DNA of 64,000 nucleotides from a bacterium (lineage in GTDB: Bacteria > Bacteroidota > Ignavibacteria > UBA10030). Each line of letters starts with the position of its first letter. The stretch's first letter is position 1. The notes beneath the pieces are model-generated. The model was not told where the DNA came from. It made no database searches and saw only the letters and a list, made by a program, of their open reading frames with translations. The position numbers and the translations under genes were made by a program. This document shows, in pieces, positions 49,184 through 59,019 of this stretch. The stretch lies in NCBI GenBank assembly GCA_043803945.1, contig JAZDJN010000087.1, forward strand, positions 256,001-320,000, read 5' to 3'.

Positions 49184-51646
49184 ATGGAAATGTTAAACTC
49201 CATGAAGCGGATTGTCGTGCATGGCCATAACGGTATATTCTCTCTTTTCCTGTTGTGTCTTGCTCTTGCCTGTTCTCTTCAGATAGCAGCCAGCCAAGCC
49301 CGGAGATGTTCCGGTGTGATCATCGATGCTTCCTCCGGGGAGGTGCTTATCCAGGCGAATATTGCGATCCGCGGTACCGGGCTGGGCACAATAAGCGATC
49401 TTTCCGGAAATTTTTCTCTCACCATTCCATTGGAAGCACATTTCCTTCTTGTTTCCCATGTCGGTTATAAATCGGAAACCGTCCACCTTGGCAAGAGCGA
49501 TACCCTCCTTGTTGTGCGGCTCATTTCCACCGATGTTTTGCTGCAGGAGGTGACCATCTATTCGGGTGCCGCAGAACAATCGAAGCAGCCCGAGATCAGC
49601 TCGCTCTCTCTTCAGAGCAAACGTATTGCAGAGATTACCTGTGTTATGCCCGATGTCCTTCGGTCGATTCAGATGCTTCCCGGTATCTCGGCAAACAATG
49701 AGTTCAGCGCAAAGTTCAATGTGCGCGGCGGAACCTACGATGAGAATCTTGTGCTTGTGAACGGAACACAGGTCTACGAGCCCTTTCACCTCAAAGAAGC
49801 TCCCAATGCAAGCATGGGAATCTTTAACACCGAGATGATGCGCCGTGTTACGCTGGTCACAGGCGGATTCAGTGCGAAGTACGGAGACAGATTAAGCTCT
49901 GTGCTGGACATCGAGTACCGTGAAGGCAGCAAGGAACGCCTTAAGGGTGCTGTCGCTCTTAGCGTAACCAACGTGGACGGCTATATCGAAGGCCCACTTG
50001 CTGGTTCAGGATCATTTATCGTCGGCGCGAGAAAAAGTTATTTCGAATATATGATGTCGGCAATCGGCGTGGCTGAAAATATTCACCCATCGTTTTATGA
50101 TGTTCAGGGTGTCGTTTCATTCCCCTTGTCCCCATCAAACAAACTCCTGTTTCAATTCATTCATGCTGGCGATAAGTACTGGCTCGATCCGACAGCGGAA
50201 CAACGGGGGCCGTCACAATACGGCGGCACTTACAAAGGAAAGAGTGCAACGTTTCAAGAAGTGTGGAACTCGTTTGACGATGAGCACGCAAAATATTACA
50301 GCAACCTGCTCGATCTTCAAAACAACCAACTGTTCTCCAGCGCGGCTCTTCTTAAAACAGAGATATCGGTCTACGAGCAGACCGAGGAAGAGTACGGGTA
50401 CCATACCGACGACTTTCGCAGAGATATCCGGCAGCAGCAAAATTATTTCTACGGCTCACATCAGGAACAGCGGTCAAGCAACAGTCTCCGGATTTATACG
50501 CTTGAGGGGAAGGCCTCCCTCGATTTCCAGTTGTCGCCTTACTACGAAATCAACGGGGGCATGAACTACCAAACAATTTTCTATCGCCAGGATCTTCTGG
50601 ACGAGCGGATCTTTGATGAAATAATGAATACCGAATCCTTCCCCGACACTGCTTCGACCCATAAGGTTGAGAACCGGATCGGCGAAGGAAACGAAAAAAT
50701 CAACGCCTCTTCTTATAAGTTCACCGGCTACATCGAGAATATTCTATTTGCCTTAGAGGATATAGTACTTAATCTCGGCGGGCGTTTTGATTATTTCGAT
50801 TTCAACCGCGAGTTCACTGCAAGCCCGCGTATCAGTGCTTCGTACCAGATCTCCAGCGAAACCACTCTGCGTGCCGCCTGGGGAATCTACACTCAATCCC
50901 CAATATACCGGCAACTTGCTTATTCTGTTGCTTCCGATACAAACACCAGGGCCCAGCGGGCGATTCATTACATCCTTGGCATCGAACACACAATTCCATT
51001 TCAAGCGGAATCGCCATCATCATTGAAGGTGAAGGTAGAGGCGTACTATAAAGACTATACCAATCTCATCTCTTCCTCTCAATCGAGTTCCGGACGAATC
51101 AGTTACTCTCATCGCAATGATGCTATTGGCGTTACAAGGGGGATTGATTGTTATGCTGTGCTGAGTCTTCCCGGCTTTTATGGCTGGATCAGCTATAGTT
51201 TGCTTGCGGCCCGTGAAAACCTTTTTACAGATAAACGGGCAGATTATCCCCGCTATACCGACCAGCGCCATACGCTCGCTCTCGTTGCCGATATCACCCT
51301 CGGCGGCGGGTGGAATTTCAACACCAGGTTTATCTACGGGAGCGGTTATGCGTATACGCCGAGTGTTCAGCAATACAACCAGAAAACAAAACGCTTCGAG
51401 TGGGTTCAAGGAGAGAAAAATTCGGACCATCTGCCTGCCTATGAAAGAGTCGATGTTCGCCTGAATAAAGCCTTTCAACTCTGGGAGTCTCAAGTCCAGG
51501 CATTTCTCGATATCAGCAATGTGTTCAATGCTGCCAATATTCAATCTTACCGCTATCGGTACAACAGCAATGGTTCTGCGTATCGTGAAGAAATAAAATT
51601 GTGGCCGTTAGTACCCACGCTGGGTATCGCCATCCGGTTTGAGTAA
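49184..51646 (+). CDS. TonB-dependent receptor with carboxypeptidase-regulatory-like domain
   Basis: DVLRSIQMLPGI, NVRGG..DENLVLVNG, GGFSAKYGDRLSSVLDI, LPAYERVD. Confidence 0.9.
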   Translation: MEMLNSMKRIVVHGHNGIFSLFLLCLALACSLQIAASQARRCSGVIIDASSGEVLIQANIAIRGTGLGTISDLSGNFSLTIPLEAHFLLVSHVGYKSETVHLGKSDTLLVVRLISTDVLLQEVTIYSGAAEQSKQPEISSLSLQSKRIAEITCVMPDVLRSIQMLPGISANNEFSAKFNVRGGTYDENLVLVNGTQVYEPFHLKEAPNASMGIFNTEMMRRVTLVTGGFSAKYGDRLSSVLDIEYREGSKERLKGAVALSVTNVDGYIEGPLAGSGSFIVGARKSYFEYMMSAIGVAENIHPSFYDVQGVVSFPLSPSNKLLFQFIHAGDKYWLDPTAEQRGPSQYGGTYKGKSATFQEVWNSFDDEHAKYYSNLLDLQNNQLFSSAALLKTEISVYEQTEEEYGYHTDDFRRDIRQQQNYFYGSHQEQRSSNSLRIYTLEGKASLDFQLSPYYEINGGMNYQTIFYRQDLLDERIFDEIMNTESFPDTASTHKVENRIGEGNEKINASSYKFTGYIENILFALEDIVLNLGGRFDYFDFNREFTASPRISASYQISSETTLRAAWGIYTQSPIYRQLAYSVASDTNTRAQRAIHYILGIEHTIPFQAESPSSLKVKVEAYYKDYTNLISSSQSSSGRISYSHRNDAIGVTRGIDCYAVLSLPGFYGWISYSLLAARENLFTDKRADYPRYTDQRHTLALVADITLGGGWNFNTRFIYGSGYAYTPSVQQYNQKTKRFEWVQGEKNSDHLPAYERVDVRLNKAFQLWESQVQAFLDISNVFNAANIQSYRYRYNSNGSAYREEIKLWPLVPTLGIAIRFE

Positions 51647-51907
51647 CTCCCATCTGATCCGATTTATTACGTTCCTGCTCTAGAATCCTGCCCGCCACCA
51701 GTTTACCTGGACCATTACCACGGTGGAGGAGACAATCTTGGCTTATCATAGGATCAGCTGACTATTCTTTTCCGTAGATTATCTCCGCGACAAACACATT
51801 CGAGGAACAGTGGTGTAGCTTGGGATGAAATAGAAAAGAAAGAATGGTGATCCCAAGGTGTCTCTGTTTGGGATCTACTATGCGGAGCTATTCTTTTCCG
51901 TTTAGTA

Positions 51908-51984
51908 GATCCCCCCGATAAAAAAACATCGGGGCAGGCCGACAGAAGCCCCGATACAAAGGCATCGGGGCAGGCATTCGGGGA
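51908..51984. repeat. Palindromic element carrying two 26-nt ccccgat...atcggggcagg insertions
   Basis: Copies at 51913-51938 and 51949-51974; removing them leaves gatccccgacagaagcattcgggga. Confidence 0.6.
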
Positions 51985-52265
51985 ACACTGGAAGGGCTGG
52001 AGAGAAACGGGAATTTTAATTGTCGTTGAAGGGAAATAATAGTTGACGTTAATCACGCCACAGCGGACCTGTCTCTTGAGAATGCTTTGGGCGGGCTGGC
52101 AAGGCATTAAGGAGAAAGCGAAATATTTTAAGTTTTTATATACCTTGGTGCCTCCGTATCCTTGTGGCGACTCTTTTCGACTAGATCTCTAGCAACAAAA
52201 CGAGCAGAAAACCGTAGTAACAAGAGGCAATCCGTATCACTTATCACCATTGCAAAGGAATTATC

Positions 52266-53981
52266 ATGAACCGAAGATTGATACCCCTTCTCTTTCTTCT
52301 TGTTGCATCCTTTAGTATTGCTGCTGCTCAACAAGATCTTCTGGCCGACATCCGAAATCTTTCTTCTGACGAAATAAAATTCGATGCCTTCAGGCTCGAT
52401 ACCGACCAGGAGGTGACTATCACCGGAACCGTTACCGGAGATCGTAACAGAAACGTCTATAACGATGTCTGGATTCTAAATACTCAAACCCGGGAAATTG
52501 TCTGGAAGTTGAAATATTCCAAGCGATCTTCGCGTTCCAGGGGATTAGTCGACTTTGACGATAAGCTCTCTCTGTCTAAGGGTGAATATGAAATCTATCT
52601 CTCAGCTTTTCCTTCCTATATTCAGGATGTTAACAACTTCGGTGATTTGATGGAACTGTTGACGGATAAGATTTTCCGCTCGAGTGATCGCGAGAGAAAC
52701 TACCGCCGCCTTGTCGTGACGGTGAAAGGAAGGGGTGTTCATTACGGTAACGAGGGGGTTGAGAAACTTCATGCCAGGCTTTGTGATGACGCCGTCGTCG
52801 CCATGACCAGGCAATCTCATGACGAGTACAGCAAACAGGGTTTCACGCTTGACAAACAGATGGAGTTGAATATCTACGCCATTGGAGAACTGCGCGACGA
52901 CGGGCAGTTCGATTTCGGCTGGATCATCAACACCAAAACGGGCGAACGTGTCTGGTCTATGGAGTACCGATCATCCAGCCATGCCGGCGGTGATAAGAAG
53001 AACAGGATGGTGAAGGAAACGATTACACTCCCGGCTGGATCCTACGCTGCACACTATGTCAGTGATGATTCCCATTCCTATGGCGATTGGAATGCGGCGC
53101 CACCGTTCGATCCGATGTTCTGGGGGTTGACCATTCACACAAAAGATCCGGCAATGAAAAAGTATACCCGCCTATTTGAATTCAATGCCTTTGAAGAAAA
53201 AAATGTCATTGCCAGCTTAACCCGTGTTCGCAGCGAGAAATTGGAATCGAAGGGGTTTACCCTGACCAAGCCCATGGATGTTCGCATCTATGCAATCGGG
53301 GAAGGATCCAACGACCGGATGGTTGATTACGGATGGATCGTCAACATGAAAACGCGTTCAAAGGTCTGGTCGATGGAGTATAACGAAACCACACATGCCG
53401 GCGGGGGCCAGAAAAACAGAATAGTCAATACCATTATCCATCTTGAGAAGGGAAGTTACATGGTGTACTATACCACGGACGACTCTCATGCCTACCGCGA
53501 TTGGAACACCGCCGCTCCGTACGATCCCGAACATTGGGGGATAACACTTTCTTCTGCCGACCCGGAATTTAATGCGACGAGTATCCGCCCGTATTCGGAG
53601 ACCGACGACCCGTCAATCCTTGCACGGCTTGTTGGTATTCGCGATGACGAGCGCCGCAAGCAATCCTTTAGCTTATCGAAGAAGAGCGATCTTCATCTCT
53701 ACGCTCTGGGTGAAGGGCGCGATGGCGACATGGTGGATTATGCATGGATTGAAGATGCCTCGACACGGAAAATTGTGTGGGAGATGACGTATCGTTCGAC
53801 TGAGCATGCTGGCGGGTCAAAAAAGAACCGTGTCTTCGATGGCACCATCACACTCCCCGCGGGCAAGTACATCCTCTTCTACGAATCGGATGGCTCGCAT
53901 TCATTCAACAACTGGAATGAAGACCCGCCTGACGATCCTTATCATTGGGGAGTAACGATTACACTCAAGAGGTCGGATTGA
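52266..53981 (+). CDS. Secreted protein with four tandem homologous beta-rich domains
   Basis: Signal peptide; repeats of F-L-K...IYA(I/L)GE...D(F/Y)(G/A)WI...VW-M-Y...HAGG--KNR...(D/G)SH---WN...P-DP--WG-T; first copy degenerate. Confidence 0.75.
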   Translation: MNRRLIPLLFLLVASFSIAAAQQDLLADIRNLSSDEIKFDAFRLDTDQEVTITGTVTGDRNRNVYNDVWILNTQTREIVWKLKYSKRSSRSRGLVDFDDKLSLSKGEYEIYLSAFPSYIQDVNNFGDLMELLTDKIFRSSDRERNYRRLVVTVKGRGVHYGNEGVEKLHARLCDDAVVAMTRQSHDEYSKQGFTLDKQMELNIYAIGELRDDGQFDFGWIINTKTGERVWSMEYRSSSHAGGDKKNRMVKETITLPAGSYAAHYVSDDSHSYGDWNAAPPFDPMFWGLTIHTKDPAMKKYTRLFEFNAFEEKNVIASLTRVRSEKLESKGFTLTKPMDVRIYAIGEGSNDRMVDYGWIVNMKTRSKVWSMEYNETTHAGGGQKNRIVNTIIHLEKGSYMVYYTTDDSHAYRDWNTAAPYDPEHWGITLSSADPEFNATSIRPYSETDDPSILARLVGIRDDERRKQSFSLSKKSDLHLYALGEGRDGDMVDYAWIEDASTRKIVWEMTYRSTEHAGGSKKNRVFDGTITLPAGKYILFYESDGSHSFNNWNEDPPDDPYHWGVTITLKRSD

Positions 53982-54008
53982 GAAAAAAGCGTTGACCTAG
54001 TCTAACGG

Positions 54009-54034
54009 CTGCTCGCTGATCACGGGCAGTTTTT
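54009..54034 (+). terminator. Rho-independent terminator
   Basis: ctgctcg-ctgatca-cgggcag followed by ttttt. Confidence 0.6.
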
Positions 54035-54075
54035 GTTATCTATAACACAAAGGGTTTTCTCTCTTTCTACATTAA

Positions 54076-56934
54076 TCATCCCACCACACACACTCCTAAC
54101 AATCGTATACGAGCTCCAACGGGATTCTCGAGGGATGTTTTTATCTGTGATAGGATAGCACCGATGGCACCTTCGTAGGATTGACGAATCTTGTCCCACG
54201 GAAAGGTGTTCTTGGAAAATTCATATGTTACATCTGATGACTTCTTCTCTAATCGATTGACTAACCACTCGTCCGGCAATACATGAGCATCACCGCTAGG
54301 ACTGACCCGTATCATTTTCAGTTCTCTATGTTGCTTGCCACCCTCTAGGTCAACAGTAACTAGTGTCGTGATAACAGTGTAAGGTTCTTGATCAACGTCT
54401 GTCCGATGGAAGAACGTTGTGTCTCCTGGAGTGATGAGTTCCTGGCCTTGAGCGAGAAGGGCATCAATTAAGGGATGACCCAATCCAAGAAGTTCTGCAG
54501 AGCGCTTTCTCATCGCAGTATTGCGGTCAAATGTAGCAAGTTGATATTTTGGCAAGACACTTGGATGTTTCTGTAATATTTTTGGCGTAATGATTTCGGA
54601 AAACTCTCCCCGGGGCAAGATGGAACCGCCCATGCGAAGTATTGCAGCTTCGGCAAACTGCCTTAGGTCGTCAAGCGAAAAACTCCCCTCAATTTTCAAA
54701 TAGTCTTGGAGATTAAATGTTGTTAAATCCATTGTCAGATTTTTTAATGCATCAATTGCTTGATATGCATTCCTCAACGCTTCTTCGATTTCTTTCGCTG
54801 TACGTTGGTAATCTGTATTAACAAGAGCATTCCGATACCATTCCAGATAGTGCGGAGCGGATCCCATATAGCCTAAGATCTCTGATCTAAAATCTTCTCT
54901 CGGTTCACCGGTGAGTTCATCAAGTTTACCAATCTGGGTGGCGATCTCTTTTAATTTATCATCCAGCATCAGGTAAATGTTTTCTTCTACCGTCCCCTCA
55001 GCAATGAGATTGTAAACCTGCACAGTATCTTTCTGTCCATAGCGGTGAATTCGACCAATGCGCTGCTCAACAGCCATTGGATTCCAGGGTAAGTCATAGT
55101 TGAAAAGAATATGGCCGATTTGGAGATTAATTCCCTCACCTCCGGCCGAGGTGCAAATGAGAAATTGTGCACCATTCTCCTCCCAAAACCGTTCTTTGGC
55201 TTCAATCTTATCGTCTAATGGACCGCCCTTGATGTGGGTTACTTTATCTGTTCCATAGATAGCCTGGAGTTTTTCTTCGAGGAAGAGCAGGGTTTCAACA
55301 TACTGCGTAAAGATGACAAACTTCTCATCTGGATTTTCTATGCGAATAGTATCAACTGCTCTTGTGAGAGTGTCAAATTTTCGATCTGTCCCGGAAGGAA
55401 CCAGATTAAGAAGGTTGGCTACTTTCGCGACTTCGTTTGGTATTGTCGCATCTGCATAAATTCCTTCATCGCCGTCTTCATCACCATCGAGCGACCACGA
55501 AGTTGTTTCATCTGGAGGAAGATAAGCTCGGCTAACTTTCTGACGGATCTGTGCAATAAACGTGTCGATATCGGCTTGTCTTGATGGAGTATTTGGTATC
55601 GCCTCAATTTCTGATGCAAGTTGACGCATTTCATCCTGCAACCGAAGGATCTCATCGGAGAGTTTAGCCGTAGAATGTCCTTTCCGACGCTTGTTTTCCA
55701 GTTCAAGCTGTTGTCGTATGAGAAGAACAAGAAGTCGTCGCCGGAGAGCTTGCCTGATAGCTCGCGTACTTGATGACATGATCTTTTGGAATGTTGTCAT
55801 CACAAAGCCAATGGCACGCTGTGCTGTTGTGGTTTTACCGCCATTTTCCCCGAGGCCTGCTCGTGTATAGCCCTCTTTTAAATACTCTGTAAGCTTGTCG
55901 TAAAAGACTTGCTCTCGCATAGCCAATTGGAAAGATTGTGTATGAACCTGGCGACGCATGAAGATAGGGTTACCATCTTTATCTGTTACATCACGCTTTG
56001 TCCGGCGTATCATCACCTTGTTTAAAAAGCCTCTATGGAGAGAAAGCGATTCCTCTGAATCGAAGAGGGTATCGTCGAGAAGCTGAATTAACGACCAAAA
56101 TTGAAAGCCATTGCCTTGATGAGGTGTTGCCGAGAGGAAGAAGAGATCTTTCGTATGATTCTTTATAGCCTCGGCAAATTTATAGTTCAACGTTGATTGA
56201 ATTTTCTTCCCATATCGAAGCCTCGTGAGATGATGAGCTTCATCGAACACAACAATATCCCACCGTGGTCCCCCTAAGAGACGTTCCATTCGCTGTATGC
56301 GCTTGAGGGCATCAATCGAAGCAATAACTCGATGGTGAGATTCCCACGAAGCAGGGGAGTGATCGGTAAAATCGATTCCGAGGATTTCAAAATCTAGCCT
56401 GAAAGCATCGCGAAGCTCACTCTGCCAGTTTTTGATGAGCCCCGCAGGAGTAATGATAAGAATTCGATTGGACTCCCTCCGTGTAATGAGTTCACGAAGG
56501 ATCATTCCCATTTCGATTGTTTTTCCCAATCCAACTTCGTCTCCGACCAGCAGGCGACGATGGGGCATCGAAACGACATCTCTTGTTATCAGTATTTGAT
56601 GGGGAAGCAGGTCGGTTCTACTGTTCGAAAGTTGCCCTCCGGCATTTTGCAGTGGAAGCTGAAATGATAGTTGTTTCAATAAAAAATCGATCGGTTTATC
56701 ATAATCCCCGATTTTCACCCGTTCCCATAAATCGGGAGCCGGCTCAAGACGTTCTATGGGGAAACTGTGAAGATGACGCCCCGTTCCATCTTCATACATA
56801 ACGTCAGCCTGGTAGCTTCCATAAATATCACTCACACGATAGACTTCCACGATGCCAAGATCTTCCCGGCCTCGAATACGTACTCTTTCGCCAACCTTTG
56901 GACGATAGAGAGTTTGATTATCTGTCAACTGCAT
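54076..56934 (-). CDS. SNF2/RapA-like SF2 helicase
   Basis: LLPHQ, GDEVGLGKT, FDEAHH, LSATPHQG, GEGINLQ, EQRIGRIHRYGQ; start reset to ATG 56934 after AGGAG because the tracked N-terminus is translated repeat. Confidence 0.9.
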   Translation of the reverse strand: MQLTDNQTLYRPKVGERVRIRGREDLGIVEVYRVSDIYGSYQADVMYEDGTGRHLHSFPIERLEPAPDLWERVKIGDYDKPIDFLLKQLSFQLPLQNAGGQLSNSRTDLLPHQILITRDVVSMPHRRLLVGDEVGLGKTIEMGMILRELITRRESNRILIITPAGLIKNWQSELRDAFRLDFEILGIDFTDHSPASWESHHRVIASIDALKRIQRMERLLGGPRWDIVVFDEAHHLTRLRYGKKIQSTLNYKFAEAIKNHTKDLFFLSATPHQGNGFQFWSLIQLLDDTLFDSEESLSLHRGFLNKVMIRRTKRDVTDKDGNPIFMRRQVHTQSFQLAMREQVFYDKLTEYLKEGYTRAGLGENGGKTTTAQRAIGFVMTTFQKIMSSSTRAIRQALRRRLLVLLIRQQLELENKRRKGHSTAKLSDEILRLQDEMRQLASEIEAIPNTPSRQADIDTFIAQIRQKVSRAYLPPDETTSWSLDGDEDGDEGIYADATIPNEVAKVANLLNLVPSGTDRKFDTLTRAVDTIRIENPDEKFVIFTQYVETLLFLEEKLQAIYGTDKVTHIKGGPLDDKIEAKERFWEENGAQFLICTSAGGEGINLQIGHILFNYDLPWNPMAVEQRIGRIHRYGQKDTVQVYNLIAEGTVEENIYLMLDDKLKEIATQIGKLDELTGEPREDFRSEILGYMGSAPHYLEWYRNALVNTDYQRTAKEIEEALRNAYQAIDALKNLTMDLTTFNLQDYLKIEGSFSLDDLRQFAEAAILRMGGSILPRGEFSEIITPKILQKHPSVLPKYQLATFDRNTAMRKRSAELLGLGHPLIDALLAQGQELITPGDTTFFHRTDVDQEPYTVITTLVTVDLEGGKQHRELKMIRVSPSGDAHVLPDEWLVNRLEKKSSDVTYEFSKNTFPWDKIRQSYEGAIGAILSQIKTSLENPVGARIRLLGVCVVG

Positions 56935-56947
56935 CTCCTGGATGATG

Positions 56948-57261
56948 GAACACTGATTACACTGATGCGACCGATTTTCACTGATGTGTGTTGATCGTGT
57001 TCTTTTCTGTGTTATCGGTGTTCTATAAAATTGGAACACTGATGACACCGATTCAACTGATTTTTACCGATCTGCCTGCCCGCCATGCCTTCGCGTTTTG
57101 TGCGTCCGCCATCTTTTTGGCGGAACCTTTTGGCGGGTGATCATCGTGTGTTTTTCTGTGTCATCTGTGTTCCATTCTTAAATCGGAACACCGATCACAC
57201 CGATGCAACTGATTTTCACAGATCTGTTTACATCGTGTGCTTTTCTGTGCTATCGGTGTTC
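56948..57261. repeat. 76-bp palindromic repeat units 1-3
   Basis: 56948-57023, 57034-57172 (76 + 63-nt insertion), 57186-57261; ends GAACAC(T/C)GAT...ATC(G/T)GTGTTC; spacers 10 and 13 nt. Confidence 0.9.
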
Positions 57262-57645
57262 TATTTCCTTGCGATCGTTTGTAAATATCTTCCGCCGTAT
57301 TTCAGGTTTCTTGCCAAAATTTAGCAGCAATCCGATTTCGATATTGGTTGCCTTGAGGTAGTTAATGAGTTGTGTTTCGTGTTCTTCAACCATTCCTTCG
57401 GCAGCCTTCAACTCCAATATCACCACATTATTAACAACAATATCGGCAAAGTAATCACCAACCAACTCTCCTCGATAATGGACTTTAATTGGTTGTTGAT
57501 TTTTCGCTACCAAACCTTCACGAGCGAGTTCTATGATCATTGACCGTTCATACACTTTTTCTAGAAATCCATATCCCAGTCTATTATAAACTTCATAGAA
57601 GCAGGCAATAATTTTCTCCGTCAATTCGTGGTGTAAATATTCCAT
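57250..57645 (-). CDS. GxxExxY protein (PD-(D/E)XK nuclease superfamily)
   Basis: LGYGFLEKVYE, ADIVV...ILELKA, QLINYLKAT...GLLLNFG; GGGAGG RBS. Confidence 0.92.
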   Translation of the reverse strand: MEYLHHELTEKIIACFYEVYNRLGYGFLEKVYERSMIIELAREGLVAKNQQPIKVHYRGELVGDYFADIVVNNVVILELKAAEGMVEEHETQLINYLKATNIEIGLLLNFGKKPEIRRKIFTNDRKEIEHR

Positions 57646-57668
57646 ACTTTCCTCCCTTAAAAGAAAGC

Positions 57669-58031
57669 GAACACTGATGACTTCAATCTAACTTATCTTT
57701 ATAGATCGGTGAACATCATGTGTTTTTCCGTGTCATCTGTGTTCTATTCTTAAATCGGAATACTGATAGCCCAGATGCAACCGATTTTCACCGATCTGTG
57801 TTGATCGTGTTCTTTTCTGTGCTATCTGTGTTCCATTTCTTTAAGATATAGAACACTGATGACACCGATGATACTGATTTTCACAGATCTGTGTACACCG
57901 TGTGCTTTTCTGTGTTATCGGTGTTCTATTTTTAGAGAACATTGATGACACTGAAAAATCTGATTTATACCGATCTGTGAAACTCATGTTCAATCTGTGT
58001 TATCAGCCTGCCTGCCGGCAGGCAGGTGTTC
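57669..58031. repeat. 76-bp palindromic repeat units 4-7
   Basis: 57669-57744, 57758-57833, 57851-57926, 57937-58031 (75 + 20-nt insertion); spacers 13, 17 and 10 nt. Confidence 0.9.
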
Positions 58032-58667
58032 TATCTTTCTGATAAGTTTATTGAGTTCTTTCTGAATCTCTTCTTTTATCGTCTTCCAGGTTACTTTCCA
58101 TACCATACGCGGCATGCGCACATTATCTGCATCATCAAAATAGCTGAGGCCGCGAAAAACAGGAAACAGGTCGGCTTCGGGAAACTTCTTGTTGTACATA
58201 CTCATCATGTGCTGCAATGAGCAATGTTTTTTTTCGAGAGCATACACGTCGATGAAGTCCTTTTTCGAGCCTCGGGATGCAATCGCAGAGAGTTTCATGC
58301 AGGCAAGATCGTCGAGGGATGCGAGTGAGCAGCCAACAGATTTCCACTCCACTAATGGACTTATTATGGTATATGGATACTCAATTATGGATATCCTGAC
58401 TCCACCGATCGTAGCATAGAACGTACCCTCATCGATATTCACGGCCAGGGGAATCATCCCTGCGCTTTTGATTTTGTTGGTCCATGAAGCCGGATCGCGA
58501 ATGCTGACCGGAGAGAACCAATCCAGATCAACAGACTTCCTATGACCAAGCATAAGCGCGATGGCTGTTCCGCCAGCGAGATAGAAACCGTGTCCTGAGA
58601 GGAATGGCCCGAGTCGTTTGAGAAGCTTGAACTGAGGTGAAGAAAGAGTCTCCTGGAAATATTTCAT
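57990..58667 (-). CDS. AbiEii/AbiGii-family nucleotidyltransferase toxin
   Basis: FYLAGGTAIALMLGHRKSVDLDWF, MKLSAIASRGSKKDFIDVY; start 58667 overlaps the upstream stop (ATGA). Confidence 0.88.
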   Translation of the reverse strand: MKYFQETLSSPQFKLLKRLGPFLSGHGFYLAGGTAIALMLGHRKSVDLDWFSPVSIRDPASWTNKIKSAGMIPLAVNIDEGTFYATIGGVRISIIEYPYTIISPLVEWKSVGCSLASLDDLACMKLSAIASRGSKKDFIDVYALEKKHCSLQHMMSMYNKKFPEADLFPVFRGLSYFDDADNVRMPRMVWKVTWKTIKEEIQKELNKLIRKIEHLPAGRQADNTD

Positions 58668-58999
58668 CGCTGTCCTCGTGCTTGCCATGGGTTAGAACTC
58701 TCCCCCGCTATCCAAACATCTACCTTATCCTTGGGCAGGTTCAATGCAAGTTGCCAGAACCGCAATCTCTTCGGATCCAGACCGGCACCCTGACGCTGGA
58801 GCATCCAACTTTTGAGCCAGGCGTTGCCTGTGGTTGCAATGAGCCACTTCACGGAATCCCATCCGCCCGCCTCAAGAACCTTCCGAATAATCAACTCAGA
58901 ATCTTGCTGCCAGGAGAGCGATTTCTTTGGATATTCCCAAAAGAGATCAAGAACATGTTTGGGGATTTTTACACGTTTTCGGATTAGAGTATTGTTCAT
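58664..58999 (-). CDS. DUF6922-like putative antitoxin
   Basis: LFWEY...L...DSELIIRKVLEAG...WL...LRFWQL pattern; directly upstream of the AbiEii gene; GGAG RBS before ATG 58999. Confidence 0.7.
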   Translation of the reverse strand: MNNTLIRKRVKIPKHVLDLFWEYPKKSLSWQQDSELIIRKVLEAGGWDSVKWLIATTGNAWLKSWMLQRQGAGLDPKRLRFWQLALNLPKDKVDVWIAGESSNPWQARGQR

Positions 59000-59019
59000 A
59001 AATCTCCGATCATTGAATA

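Noticed and set aside
54035-54065. dif/Xer site or tRNA-derived att site
   Set aside because: No match to the XerC/XerD arm consensus and no tRNA sequence nearby.
56935-57048. N-terminal 38 aa of the tracked 990-aa helicase ORF
   Set aside because: It is translated repeat sequence; the RBS supports ATG 56934.
56948-58031. CRISPR array
   Set aside because: Repeats are 76 bp and divergent, spacers are only 10-17 nt and partly identical, and no cas genes are present.
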